Of a stretch of 64,000 nt of DNA, positions 19,692 to 29,788 are shown piece after piece; position 1 is the first letter of the stretch, and the number at the start of each line of letters is the position of its first letter. The DNA comes from Candidatus Woesearchaeota archaeon (GTDB lineage Archaea; Nanobdellota; Nanobdellia; Woesearchaeales; UBA583). A model generated the notes under the pieces. It was not told where the DNA came from. It worked only from the letters and a program-made list of their open reading frames with translations, and did not search any database. The stretch is from positions 4,971-68,970 of the forward strand of contig JAQICV010000064.1 of NCBI GenBank assembly GCA_027858315.1, read 5' to 3'. Both the position numbers and the translations under genes were made by a program.

Positions 19692-19852
19692 TTTTTATTT
19701 ATTAAAAATGGATTCGAATAAGTGATTTATTCACTTATGACTATACATTTTTTATTTACCTACTATATTAATAAAAGAAGTCCTATATAAAGATTTATTA
19801 GACTAAAAAGGAGTAAAAAAATTTAAATTAAATTAAAAATTTAAAAAAAGAA

Positions 19853-20407
19853 TTAATATTGAATTTGTTCTCTCTCGTAATATCCTTTAGGATGAGCGCA
19901 TACAGGGCAAACCTCTGGAGCTTTTTCTCCTTCATGCACATTTCCACATTTTTGACAAATCCAAGCAATTTTTTCTCCAGATTTGCTATTGTATAAAGAA
20001 TCTGCTTCAAGTTCTGTAAGTAATCTTTTATATCTTTCTTCATGTAGCTTTTCAATTTTTGCAAGTTTGTCAAATAAAAGTTCAGCACCTTTAAATCCTT
20101 CATCTTGTGCAATTGTTTTAAACTCAGGATACATCTCCTCAGTCTCATAATTCTCTCCATCAATACACTCTTGTAAATTTTCTTTAGATGAACCAATTCC
20201 ATTAACTAATTTAAATAAAAGTTTAGCATGTTCCATCTCATTTTTTGCAGTCTCTTCAAAAAATTCTGCAAGTTTTTGATGTCCCTCTTTTCTAGAAACT
20301 TTAGCAAAAAAATCATATTTATTTCTAGCTTGTGACTCTCCTGCAAATGCAGTCATAATATTTTCATATGTCTTAGGGTATTTAGTTTTAATTTCATTAG
20401 TATCCAT
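19853..20407 (-). CDS. rbr: rubrerythrin
   Basis: Ferritin-like di-iron domain (GESQARNKY, EMEHAKL, E..E pairs) plus a C-terminal rubredoxin (CQKCGNV...CPVC). Confidence 0.9.
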   Translation of the reverse strand: MDTNEIKTKYPKTYENIMTAFAGESQARNKYDFFAKVSRKEGHQKLAEFFEETAKNEMEHAKLLFKLVNGIGSSKENLQECIDGENYETEEMYPEFKTIAQDEGFKGAELLFDKLAKIEKLHEERYKRLLTELEADSLYNSKSGEKIAWICQKCGNVHEGEKAPEVCPVCAHPKGYYEREQIQY

Positions 20408-20530
20408 AACCTATATATCTTTATAATGATTTAAAAAAGTATGTAATTTTTCAAATAAACACTCAAATTATTCATAAATTTAAAAAAATATATAAAAAGA
20501 ATACAATTGAAATAATAATAGATTTGAAGA

Positions 20531-23398
20531 ATGGTTAGTGATAAACAAAAACAAATAGAAAAAAAATGGCAAAATAAATGGAATGAAAATAAAACATTCG
20601 AGCCAAAAATAGATAATAAAAAGGAAAAATACTTTGCAACTATTGCATATCCTTATGCAAATTCAGTAATGCACATAGGACACGGAAGAACTTCTACAAC
20701 TTGCGATATTTATACAAGGTATCAAAGAATTTTAGGAAAAAATGCGATATATCCTATGGGATTTCACATTACAGGAACTCCAGTTTTAGCTGTTTCAGAT
20801 GGAATCGCAAAAGGTGATGAAAAACAAATTCGATTAACAAGAGAAGCAATTTCAGATTATGTTAAAGATAAAAAAGGTCAAGATGACTTAATTGAAACAT
20901 TTAAAGATCCAATGAATATTGCAAAATATTTCTCATCTAAAATTGAAGAAACATTCAATAGCGTAGGTTTAGGAATTGATTGGTCCAGACAATTCACAAC
21001 AGGTGATGAAGCCTACAACAAGTTCATAGAATGGCAATTTCAAAAATTGCATGACAAAGGAATTTTAACTAGAGGAAAATACCCAATATTATATTCTCCA
21101 GTAGATAAAAATGCAGTTGGTGAAGATGACATAAAAGATGGAGATACTGAAAAAGTAACTCTTCAAGAAATGAATTATATATTATTTCAATTAAAAGATA
21201 CAAATGAATATTTAGTGATATGTACTCTAAGGCCTGATGCATTATTTGGGACAACTAATATGTGGGTAGACTCCAAAATGGACTTGATTAAAGTTCAAGT
21301 AGAAAATAAAACTTGGGTAATCTCAAAAGATGCATTAGTAAAAGTAGAAAACCAATTTGATAATGTAAAAGTAATTAGCGAACATAAAGGTAAAGAATTT
21401 ATCGGGAAAACTGCAATAGCTCCAATTGTCAATAGAGAAGTTCTTATAGCAGAAGCATCATTTATAGATTCAAATCATGGGACAGGTATTGTATATTCAT
21501 CACCAGCCGGAGCGCCACATGACTACATTGCCTTAGTTGATGCAAAAAAAGAAAAAAGACTTCCTGAAACAATTCAAGTAATAAATACAGTTATAACAAA
21601 AGATAAGAAAGGAAATATAATAAACTACAATGCTTCTTGTCCTGCAGAAAATAAATGTAACAAATTTAAAGTAAAAGATTCTAAGAGTTCTGAAGGTTTA
21701 GAGCAAGCAAAACAAGAACTATACAAAGAAGAACATTATGGAGGAGTTTTAAATGAAAATGCTGGAGAATTCGAAGGTGTTCCAATTAAATATGCAAAAG
21801 ATAAAGTTGCTCAAAAATTAAAAGATTTAGAATTAGGTGGAATTTTTTATGAAACTTCAAGAAGGGCAAAAACTAGGGGAAATGATCAAGTAATTGTTGC
21901 AATCCTTGATGAACAATGGTTCTTAGATTACACTAAAGATGAAACAAAACAAGTTGCCTTTGATGTTTTAGATAATATGAAATATAATCCTCATAAAATG
22001 AGGCCAACTCAAAGAGGTTATTTAGAGTGGGTTCAAATGAGACCTTGCGCAAGGAAAAGAGGTCTTGGTACAAAACTCCCTTTCGATAAAGAATGGGTAA
22101 TTGAAGCATTATCAGACTCAACAATTTATCAAATGTTTTATTTGATGGCAAAAACTATTTACAAAGAAAACATTCCTGCTAAAAAACTAACTTTAGAATT
22201 ATTTGATTATGTTTTATTAGGAAAAGGTGACATTAACAAATTAGATATTGATGAAAAATTAATTAATGAGATGAGATCAGAAGTAAAGTATTGGAAAAGT
22301 TTTGATCTAAGATATACTGCAGCACCACACATGTCAAATCATTTATCATTTTTAATTTATCATTATGGACTAATATTTGAAAAAGAGTATTGGCCAAAAT
22401 GTATAACAATTGGAGGACTATTAACTAAAGATGGAGAAAAAATTGCAAAATCTAAAGGGAACGGAATACCATTATTTAGAATTAAAGATATTTACGGTGC
22501 AGACTTATATAGATTATATGTTGGAGTTGGTGCAAATTATGATATTGAGATGGACTTTAAAGATACAGAAATCCTTCAATTAGAAAAAAAATTCGAGAAA
22601 TGGCAATCACTAATTGAATACTCAATTAAAAAACCAATTAAAAAATATGATGAATTTTCAGACACAAACAAATGGTTAATTTCAAAATTCTATTCTAGAA
22701 CAAAAGAGTATTTTAATTATATGGACGACTTCAGAATTAGAGAAGCATATGTATCTGTTTTATACGAATTATTAAATGATATAAATTATCATGAAAGAAG
22801 AACTTCAAATGAAGAAACTCTTGAAGTTATAAGATTCATTGCTCAAGACTATTTAATTTTGATGACTCCAGTTATACCTCACATTTGTGAAGAATTAAAT
22901 GAACAATTGGGGAATAAATCTGAAATTAGTCTCACGAAATTTGAAACAAAAATTGAAGATTATATGAATAAAAAAGCAGAAGATATCGAAGAGATAGGTC
23001 AAAGTTTAATTAATATTATTTCAAGAACAAAGGACATAAAACAATTATCTCATCTTAAAAAAATTACAATTGTTCAAGCTAAAGAAGCAAGGTTTAAATT
23101 ATTTGACAGATTAAAAGAATTACTATCTAATACTAAAGATATTAAAACTATTTTTGGTGAATTAAATAAAGACTTTTCAGAAGACAAGAAATTCATTCAA
23201 AAATTTGTACCAAAAACTCTTGGAGAAGATGGTTTGTCCAATTATTTATCTAGAGAAGATGAAAAGAAATTTATTACAAGTATGATTGATTTCTTAAAAA
23301 AAACATTTAATTGCGAAATTGTAATTGATAATGCAGATAATTTAGAAATAGATTCAAATAATTGTATCCCTAGAGAACCTTCAATAATTTTAGAATAA
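20531..23398 (+). CDS. leuS: leucyl-tRNA synthetase (archaeal type)
   Basis: HIGH motif (MHIGHGRT), KMSKS variant (KIAKSKGN), and the size and CP1 editing insertion typical of archaeal LeuRS. Confidence 0.92.
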   Translation: MVSDKQKQIEKKWQNKWNENKTFEPKIDNKKEKYFATIAYPYANSVMHIGHGRTSTTCDIYTRYQRILGKNAIYPMGFHITGTPVLAVSDGIAKGDEKQIRLTREAISDYVKDKKGQDDLIETFKDPMNIAKYFSSKIEETFNSVGLGIDWSRQFTTGDEAYNKFIEWQFQKLHDKGILTRGKYPILYSPVDKNAVGEDDIKDGDTEKVTLQEMNYILFQLKDTNEYLVICTLRPDALFGTTNMWVDSKMDLIKVQVENKTWVISKDALVKVENQFDNVKVISEHKGKEFIGKTAIAPIVNREVLIAEASFIDSNHGTGIVYSSPAGAPHDYIALVDAKKEKRLPETIQVINTVITKDKKGNIINYNASCPAENKCNKFKVKDSKSSEGLEQAKQELYKEEHYGGVLNENAGEFEGVPIKYAKDKVAQKLKDLELGGIFYETSRRAKTRGNDQVIVAILDEQWFLDYTKDETKQVAFDVLDNMKYNPHKMRPTQRGYLEWVQMRPCARKRGLGTKLPFDKEWVIEALSDSTIYQMFYLMAKTIYKENIPAKKLTLELFDYVLLGKGDINKLDIDEKLINEMRSEVKYWKSFDLRYTAAPHMSNHLSFLIYHYGLIFEKEYWPKCITIGGLLTKDGEKIAKSKGNGIPLFRIKDIYGADLYRLYVGVGANYDIEMDFKDTEILQLEKKFEKWQSLIEYSIKKPIKKYDEFSDTNKWLISKFYSRTKEYFNYMDDFRIREAYVSVLYELLNDINYHERRTSNEETLEVIRFIAQDYLILMTPVIPHICEELNEQLGNKSEISLTKFETKIEDYMNKKAEDIEEIGQSLINIISRTKDIKQLSHLKKITIVQAKEARFKLFDRLKELLSNTKDIKTIFGELNKDFSEDKKFIQKFVPKTLGEDGLSNYLSREDEKKFITSMIDFLKKTFNCEIVIDNADNLEIDSNNCIPREPSIILE

Positions 23399-23400
23399 AG

Positions 23401-23418
23401 TATTGCATTTTTGCAATA
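23401..23418. terminator. short hairpin between the convergent leuS and DUF2188 genes
   Basis: TATTGC-ATTTTT-GCAATA lies immediately after the leuS stop and is followed by A/T runs. Hairpin-dependent termination is not established for archaea, so the call is weak. Confidence 0.25.
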
Positions 23419-23463
23419 TTTAAAAAATTTTAATTTTCATGTAAATTTTCAAATTATTATTTT

Positions 23464-23715
23464 TCAAGTTAATCCATATTTATGTTGAAACAACCTAAGG
23501 ATTGCAGGAGCAATTCTTCTTGGACATTTAACATGACTAACTTTCCCATGTTTATCATGAACAAACATACATAAATCATCTCTAAGTGTTACCTCATGAG
23601 CATATTTTAGAGCTCCAGCTTTTGTAGTAAATAGTTTAGAAGCGCGACTTTTTCCTTCAGTTAAAACTGCCCACCCAATATCGTGAGGAACTACATGTTT
23701 ATTTTTCTTTTTCAT
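23464..23715 (-). CDS. DUF2188-domain protein
   Basis: VVPHDIGWAVLTEGKSRASKLFTTKAGALKYAHEV...VHDKHGKV matches the DUF2188 pattern. The ATG at 23715 is preceded by AAGGTGAT; the ORF-track start at 23733 is a TTG. Confidence 0.65.
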   Translation of the reverse strand: MKKKNKHVVPHDIGWAVLTEGKSRASKLFTTKAGALKYAHEVTLRDDLCMFVHDKHGKVSHVKCPRRIAPAILRLFQHKYGLT

Positions 23716-23747
23716 TTCGATCACCTTTGTCAATACTTATTTAATTA

Positions 23748-23761
23748 TTAACAATTGTTAA
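23748..23761. promoter_or_regulatory. perfect 14-nt palindrome TTAACAATTGTTAA between the TATA-like box and SD of the DUF2188 gene
   Basis: The palindrome sits about 33 nt upstream of the ATG at 23715 and about 10 nt downstream of TTATAAATAT (23771-23780, minus sense). Confidence 0.4.
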
Positions 23762-23858
23762 TTGTTTTCTATATTTATAAAAGTATGTGACAACATACTT
23801 ATGAGAGGAATAATTAAATTTACTTTTGATTTGTGTATTTATTATTTACTAAATAATT

Positions 23859-25187
23859 CTAAATAAACATACTAATTCCACCAATTGCTAAAATTATAGA
23901 AAATACAAAAAAGACTTTTTGAAAGAATTCATGCGAACCTAAATAATATGCAATTCCTCCTTTAAATAATGTATTTGAAATTGCAGCTATAATTATTCCA
24001 AACTGGGCAGTAATATTTGAAATTGAATTTTGTTTTGCAAGAGTAAGAAGAGAAATAGTAATTGCATCAACATCAGTAATTCCTGAAATAAAAGCTAAAA
24101 TGTAAATTCCCGAATTTCCATAAATCAATGTGAAAAGCTTTGAAAAAAATGTGATAAATAAAAATAATAATGCGAATTTTAATGCAGGTTTAATTGAAAA
24201 AGGAGAATCTGTTTCAAATTTTTTAAATGTTTTTTTATCATTATGATTCCTAAACATTATATATCCTGCTAAAATAAATCCTGTAATTCCCATAAGCCCA
24301 AGAGACATAAAAACTCCATAAACCAATTCAGGATTAATAACTAAAACTTCAAAAATAATTCTAAAAAACATAGTAGAACAAGCAATAATTACTCCAAGTG
24401 CAAGTGGATTAGAAAGCCCTTTATACTCCCTACTTTCAATAGAAAATGATGAAGTAAGTGCAGTTGAAGACATAAATCCTCCTAAAAAACCTGTAATTAT
24501 AATTCCTTTTTTTGCGCCAATAGTTCTCATTAAAATATATCCAACATAAGCAATACCAGAAATAAAAACAACCATTAGCCATAAATAATAAAAATTAAAA
24601 ACATCAAGTTTTGCTAAAAATTCTAAAGATATACTTTTTTGAGAAAGGAAAATTTGCCCTATAAATGGTAAATCTAGTGGAGAATAATTTTTATTTGGTA
24701 AAAGAGGTAGTATAACTAATGAAATAATTGCAAATTCAAGAGTAGCATAAACTTCTGAAGTTTTAACTTTTTTAACAAAGCTATGAAGCTTTGTCCCAAG
24801 GGCTAGAATTGTAGCTATAATAATTGCAAGCCCAATAGTTATTTGATAATATTTTAAACTAATTAAAACACCAATTAAGAAAGTAAGAAGTGCACTCACC
24901 TGAGAAGTAATACCAATTTGTGTAGAATTAACTTTTGGTACAATAAAATATGTCAGACCCATAAGCAAAATCAATCCGAAAAATGTTAAAATAAAAAGAC
25001 TAGAATCATTAATGATTTCAAAAGAGAAAAATCCGATAATATAACCTAAAATTGAGATGAATGTAAATGTCCTAAGGCCTGCAAAATCTTTTTTGTTAAG
25101 TCTTTGTTGTCTTATCTCTCTTTGAGCTCCAATTAAAAGTCCAAGAAGTATTGAGAGCATAAGGCCAAGGTACATATCATCTAACAT
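23859..25187 (-). CDS. MgtC/SapB-family plus DUF4010 membrane protein
   Basis: The N-terminal LLGLLIGAQREIRQ pattern resembles MgtC. The protein is polytopic throughout its 442 aa. Confidence 0.55.
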   Translation of the reverse strand: MLDDMYLGLMLSILLGLLIGAQREIRQQRLNKKDFAGLRTFTFISILGYIIGFFSFEIINDSSLFILTFFGLILLMGLTYFIVPKVNSTQIGITSQVSALLTFLIGVLISLKYYQITIGLAIIIATILALGTKLHSFVKKVKTSEVYATLEFAIISLVILPLLPNKNYSPLDLPFIGQIFLSQKSISLEFLAKLDVFNFYYLWLMVVFISGIAYVGYILMRTIGAKKGIIITGFLGGFMSSTALTSSFSIESREYKGLSNPLALGVIIACSTMFFRIIFEVLVINPELVYGVFMSLGLMGITGFILAGYIMFRNHNDKKTFKKFETDSPFSIKPALKFALLFLFITFFSKLFTLIYGNSGIYILAFISGITDVDAITISLLTLAKQNSISNITAQFGIIIAAISNTLFKGGIAYYLGSHEFFQKVFFVFSIILAIGGISMFI

Positions 25188-25275
25188 ACTTAAAAAATAT
25201 TTATTTATTTTATAATTATTATTCCTTTATCTAAAGTAACAAAAGAATATAAACTAAAATTATTAAAATTATATT

Positions 25276-26565
25276 ATGAAAATAATATTCCATGGGGCGG
25301 CAAGAGAAGTAGGAAAGAGCTGTATTGAGATTCAATCAGAAGGAAAAAGGTATTTATTAGATGCAGGAGTTAAATTTATACCTCAAGGTATTGAATATCC
25401 TAAATATTTAGATAAAATCCATGATTTGGATGGTTTATTCCTATCTCATGCACATCTTGATCACAGTGGTGCACTTCCTATGCTTGAGCACAAACAATTA
25501 AATTGTCCAATTTATACAACAGATATGACTTGGAGAATTGTTAATATGCTTCTTGCAGACTCATATCATTTAGAAAAATTAAAACATCTTCATCCGGCTT
25601 ATTCTGAAAGAGATATAAAAGCTGTAGAACAAGATTTGAAATTTGTAACTTATGATAAGGAATACACTACAAAAGATGGAAAAATTAAGTTTCAATATTT
25701 AAATGCTGGTCACATTCCAGGAAGTGCATCAATTCTTATGCAAATTGAAGGTAAAACAGTTCTATATACTGGCGATATAAATACTGAAGATACAAATTTA
25801 ATGATTCCATCAAATCTAGACAAACTTCAAAATGAAGTAGATATTTTAATTACTGAAAATACTTATGGTGATAGAAGACACCCTGATAGGGTTGATGCAG
25901 AAGAAGGAATAATTAAATCTATTGAAAGTTGTGTTAAAGAAGGAGGTTCAGCATTAGTTCCAGTATTTGGAGTTGGTAGGTCTCAAGAGGTTCTAATAAT
26001 ATTAAATAAATTAGATCTAAGTATTCCAATCTATCTTGATGGTATGGCAAGAAAATTGACTGAACATATGGTAAAATCTGATGACCCTTATATTGACAAT
26101 AAAGATATACTTGATCAAATGTTTAAAAGAGCAATAAAAATTAAATCTCCTAGGGAAAGAGAAGATATTGCTAAAAAGAAAGGAATAGTAATTCTTACAA
26201 CTTCAGGAATGGTACAAGGAGGACCAGTAGTATCTTATATGGGTCATTATACTCATGTTCAAGAAAATTTTATTATTTTAACTGGATATCAAGCAAAAGG
26301 AACAAATGGTAGATCAATTTTTGAAGATCATACTTTTTATACAAATCATCACAGAGAAAAAGTAGTCTCACATGTAAGAAAATTTGATTTTTCAGCACAT
26401 TATGGCCAAGACAGTATTCATAATTTAATTGAAAAAATTAAACCTAAAAGTCTAATACTCCAGCATGGAGATTTAGAAGCAATTGAAGCTGTAAGAAATT
26501 GGGCAAAAGAAAATACTGATGCTAAAGTTTATGATCCCTATATTGGAGAAGAATTAGATTTCTAA
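25276..26565 (+). CDS. MBL-fold beta-CASP ribonuclease (aCPSF2-like)
   Basis: Metallo-beta-lactamase motif SHAHLDHSGALP with downstream GH, D and H motifs in beta-CASP spacing. It lacks N-terminal KH domains. Confidence 0.8.
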   Translation: MKIIFHGAAREVGKSCIEIQSEGKRYLLDAGVKFIPQGIEYPKYLDKIHDLDGLFLSHAHLDHSGALPMLEHKQLNCPIYTTDMTWRIVNMLLADSYHLEKLKHLHPAYSERDIKAVEQDLKFVTYDKEYTTKDGKIKFQYLNAGHIPGSASILMQIEGKTVLYTGDINTEDTNLMIPSNLDKLQNEVDILITENTYGDRRHPDRVDAEEGIIKSIESCVKEGGSALVPVFGVGRSQEVLIILNKLDLSIPIYLDGMARKLTEHMVKSDDPYIDNKDILDQMFKRAIKIKSPREREDIAKKKGIVILTTSGMVQGGPVVSYMGHYTHVQENFIILTGYQAKGTNGRSIFEDHTFYTNHHREKVVSHVRKFDFSAHYGQDSIHNLIEKIKPKSLILQHGDLEAIEAVRNWAKENTDAKVYDPYIGEELDF

Positions 26566-27491
26566 ATTCCCATTACTTTTTTTAAATTTGCTCTTTCTGA
26601 AAATAATTCAGGATTTCTTTCTTTTAATTTATCTAAAAGTATTTGATAATCACTATAATTTGAAGTATTAACTTTTGAACCCAAACCTTTATTCTCAACT
26701 AAAGTTTCTATAATGTCAAATCTTTTAAAATATTCAAGAATATTATATTTTGTAACTGATAAAATAGTTTGAGCAAAATTATTATCAAATATTTTTTCTC
26801 CTTTAATTTTAAAATTTTTATCTTCTTCAATTCTTTTTGAAAGATTTGGTATATCAAAGAAAATTCTTTCTAAACTATTTCTAGTTTTTTTCCCCCTAAA
26901 AGAGAACTGTTCTTTTTCATCATTAGCTTCTTCAAGGAAATTTTTATTATTTGAATCTATATCACAAGTTTTAGCAAGGCAAACCAATAAATCTATATTC
27001 TTCAATTCTTCTCTAGAAACTAACGAGAAATCAACATCTCTTTCATCACTTCTCCTTAGAACTTCTGAAACATATTTCTGTGAATCTTCTCCAATATTTT
27101 TAGAAATTTTATAAATTCCATAAAGTAATAAATTTGAATAAACTTTTCCCTCTAAGAAATGATTCAAAGTAACTACTTCTATACTTTTAGGACCAGTTAT
27201 ATTTTTCAAAGGATTATATACTTGCATCATTAATGTATTTGAATAAGTATTTTTAAAATATGCTTTAAAATCTTCAGGAAAATCATGAAAGAGAACAATT
27301 CCTGAAAACAAATCTGAATATTTTTCATGTATATATAGTCCTTTAGAATTATTTAATGTATCTAAAATATGATCTTCATAGACTGGAGAACCATTAGTTC
27401 TTGTTAAATTATCATAACTTCTAGGTAAATATAATTTACCATATTCTTCGTATGATTCATCAAGATTAATAGGCCTTAAAAGAAGTTTCAT
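26562..27491 (-). CDS. hypothetical protein
   Basis: 309-aa ORF. No motif recognised. Confidence 0.4.
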   Translation of the reverse strand: MKLLLRPINLDESYEEYGKLYLPRSYDNLTRTNGSPVYEDHILDTLNNSKGLYIHEKYSDLFSGIVLFHDFPEDFKAYFKNTYSNTLMMQVYNPLKNITGPKSIEVVTLNHFLEGKVYSNLLLYGIYKISKNIGEDSQKYVSEVLRRSDERDVDFSLVSREELKNIDLLVCLAKTCDIDSNNKNFLEEANDEKEQFSFRGKKTRNSLERIFFDIPNLSKRIEEDKNFKIKGEKIFDNNFAQTILSVTKYNILEYFKRFDIIETLVENKGLGSKVNTSNYSDYQILLDKLKERNPELFSERANLKKVMGI

Positions 27492-27582
27492 TATTTATAA
27501 TAGCAAACCCAAACTTATAAACTTTACCGGAGAGTAGTATTATAAATAAAATATACTTAGTATAAATATCAAATCAGTTAAA

Positions 27583-27723
27583 ATGACACAAGATATTACA
27601 AGAGAAAATATAAAAAAACTTCTTTTAGAGGAACTTGAAGAAGACAAAGAATTTAATTTTAAAATTCAAAGATTATTAGGCATTGATGATATAGAATCAA
27701 AAATTGATGAAATCAAAAACTAA
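27583..27723 (+). CDS. possible small acidic helical protein (46 aa)
   Basis: ATG-to-TAA ORF not in the track (below its size cutoff): MTQDITRENIKKLLLEELEEDKEFNFKIQRLLGIDDIESKIDEIKN. TATA-like sequences lie upstream. Confidence 0.3.
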   Translation: MTQDITRENIKKLLLEELEEDKEFNFKIQRLLGIDDIESKIDEIKN

Positions 27724-27732
27724 ATATAATTT

Positions 27733-29190
27733 TTAATAACTTTTAGCAAAATAAGCCCAACAAGTAGCGGGTTTTCCTGAATAAAAACATTTAATGTTCT
27801 TAAGAGATTTATCTTTAAATCGAAAAGGGATGCATGAACTTTTTGAACCAGTCTTTTCTTTAATTTCTTCTTCACTCTCAGTACTCTCTGCCCAAGGAAC
27901 AAGACATCTTTTGTTATCTTTAATAGCGTTTTCGAAATCTTTGAAATTATTAACTTCGATAGTTATTTCATCTTGTATTTTTTTAGCTTTATTGTATAAT
28001 CTCTCATGCATTTCTTCAAGTTCTTTAGCTACAACTTCTCTCAAATTTTCAAATTTTACTTCTTTCTTTTCCCCTGAATCTCTGATACTAATAATTACTT
28101 GTCCACTCTCCAAATCTCTTGGTCCAATTTCAATTCTAATAGGAATTCCTTGAATTTCCCATTTTGCAAATTTAAATCCAGGACTATCTTTCCTATCATC
28201 ATCGATAATTGGATTAAACTCTTCAAGTATAGTTTTCAACTCTTCTACTTTTTCAAGCACAATATCTTCTTTTCCTTTAAAAAGTAAAGGAATAATTACC
28301 GCTTTATTTGATGCAACTCTAGGAGGTAAGACTAAACCTTTATTATCTGAATGAAATAAAATCATTCCTGCAATAGTTCTAGTTGAGATTCCCCACGAAT
28401 TTTGCCAAACATGTTGTTTTTTTTGATTCTTATCTAAAAATGTAATATCAAAAGCTTTTGCAAAATTTTGACCAAGCATATGTGAAGTACCACCTTGAAT
28501 AACTTTTCCATCTGGTGCAAGAGGTTCAACTGTTGTAGAATAATCTGCTCCTGCAAATTTTTCTTTTGCCGATTTCAGTCCTTTTTCAACAGGCATGGCA
28601 AGCAATTCTTCATAAATATCTGCATAATATCCTAAAATTTCTAAAACTTCTGCATCAGCTTCTTCTTTAGTTGCAAATGCTGTGTGTCCTTCTTGCCATA
28701 AAAATTCTCTATTCCTCATAAAAGGAGTTGGATGCTTAAATTCCCACCTAACTACTGAGCACCACTGATTTAACCTTAAAGGTAAATCTCTATATGACTG
28801 AATCCATTTTGAATATGAATCATACATAATTGCTTCAGAAGTAGGCCTAATTGCCAATCTCTCTTTTAATTCTGAGTGTCCTGTATGAGTCACCCATGCA
28901 ACTTCAGGACTAAAACCTTCAACATGATCTTTTTCTTTCATTAATAAACTCTCAGGAATAAGAAGAGGAAAATATGCATTTTTAACACCAGATTTTTTAA
29001 TTTTTGCATCAAAAAATGCAGTAATCTTTTCCCAAATTTGATAAGAATTTGGTTTAAAAACCATACATCCACTAACTCTAGTATGTTCAATCAAATCTGC
29101 TTTTTGAATAACTTGAGTATACCACTCAGAGATATTCTCTTCTTTCTTAACTGTAATTGCCAGTTCTTGTTGTTTATCATTTTTCGCCAT
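27733..29190 (-). CDS. proS: prolyl-tRNA synthetase (archaeal/eukaryotic type)
   Basis: Class II core motifs, an anticodon-binding domain, and the C-terminal Zn-binding domain ending in ...YFAKSY. Confidence 0.9.
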   Translation of the reverse strand: MAKNDKQQELAITVKKEENISEWYTQVIQKADLIEHTRVSGCMVFKPNSYQIWEKITAFFDAKIKKSGVKNAYFPLLIPESLLMKEKDHVEGFSPEVAWVTHTGHSELKERLAIRPTSEAIMYDSYSKWIQSYRDLPLRLNQWCSVVRWEFKHPTPFMRNREFLWQEGHTAFATKEEADAEVLEILGYYADIYEELLAMPVEKGLKSAKEKFAGADYSTTVEPLAPDGKVIQGGTSHMLGQNFAKAFDITFLDKNQKKQHVWQNSWGISTRTIAGMILFHSDNKGLVLPPRVASNKAVIIPLLFKGKEDIVLEKVEELKTILEEFNPIIDDDRKDSPGFKFAKWEIQGIPIRIEIGPRDLESGQVIISIRDSGEKKEVKFENLREVVAKELEEMHERLYNKAKKIQDEITIEVNNFKDFENAIKDNKRCLVPWAESTESEEEIKEKTGSKSSCIPFRFKDKSLKNIKCFYSGKPATCWAYFAKSY

Positions 29191-29237
29191 TTTTATTTAC
29201 CTAATAATTTAAGTTAATTTTTACTTTATATTTGTTT

Positions 29238-29495
29238 CTAATTATTCACAACTAGTTGAAATTGATTATTTTCTAATTTATATTCTCTAAATTTTCTTGT
29301 AAAAGACGAATCTAATTTATTATAATGTATAAAAATAGAATCATTTTCAAAATAATAATTTTCAATATTTAAATTATAATCTCCATTAAGATATCCAAAT
29401 AAAGTATTTTTAATCCCTTCTTTATTCCCTACACCTAATTCTTCAAGTGAGTATTCAATCTCTGCAATTAATCCTACATCTAGGCCGACAATCAC
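29238..29495 (-). CDS. hypothetical protein (GTG start)
   Basis: 85-aa ORF. The sequence around its start codon is duplicated 169 bp upstream (see repeat features). Confidence 0.35.
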   Translation of the reverse strand: MIVGLDVGLIAEIEYSLEELGVGNKEGIKNTLFGYLNGDYNLNIENYYFENDSIFIHYNKLDSSFTRKFREYKLENNQFQLVVNN

Positions 29496-29498
29496 TTA
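29478..29498. repeat. copy 1 of a 21-nt direct repeat ATCTAGGCCGACAATCACTTA
   Basis: 19/21 identical to 29647-29667. It covers the GTG start of the 29238-29495 ORF. Confidence 0.7.
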
Positions 29499-29646
29499 TT
29501 TCTCTTTCTAATTTTCTTTTCATTTTGTTTTTCTATTTTCTATTGTAAACTACAAATTCGTAGAACTATTTCTTTAATTTTCAAATTAAATTTTAGAATA
29601 AAACGGGAAGTGAAGTATCTGATTTAAAATAGTAAATTCTACAATT

Positions 29647-29667
29647 ATCTAGGCCGAAAATCATTTA
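29647..29667. repeat. copy 2 of a 21-nt direct repeat ATCTAGGCCGAAAATCATTTA
   Basis: 19/21 identical to 29478-29498. It carries an ATG where copy 1 has the GTG, followed by only a 23-codon ORF. Confidence 0.7.
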
Positions 29668-29788
29668 ATCTTACTAAATTAAATTTCTCCATAATAAATA
29701 AAAGATATAATTAATTTATAAATTTAATCCTAATCATCTTTGCTAGTGAAAATTAAAGTTTATAAAGTTATTTTGTAAATTTTAAATT

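Noticed and set aside
27794-28153. 119-aa ORF antisense to proS. Similar long antisense or alternate-frame ORFs occur at 8477-8779, 9011-9322, 41246-41587, 60285-60668, 14079-14357, 47765-48052 and 19828-20202.
   Set aside because: Each lies entirely inside a gene with strong family motifs on the other strand or frame. Their translations are low-complexity (Ser/Leu/Ile/Phe-rich) with no motifs or promoter-like upstream sequence. They are best explained as shadow ORFs.
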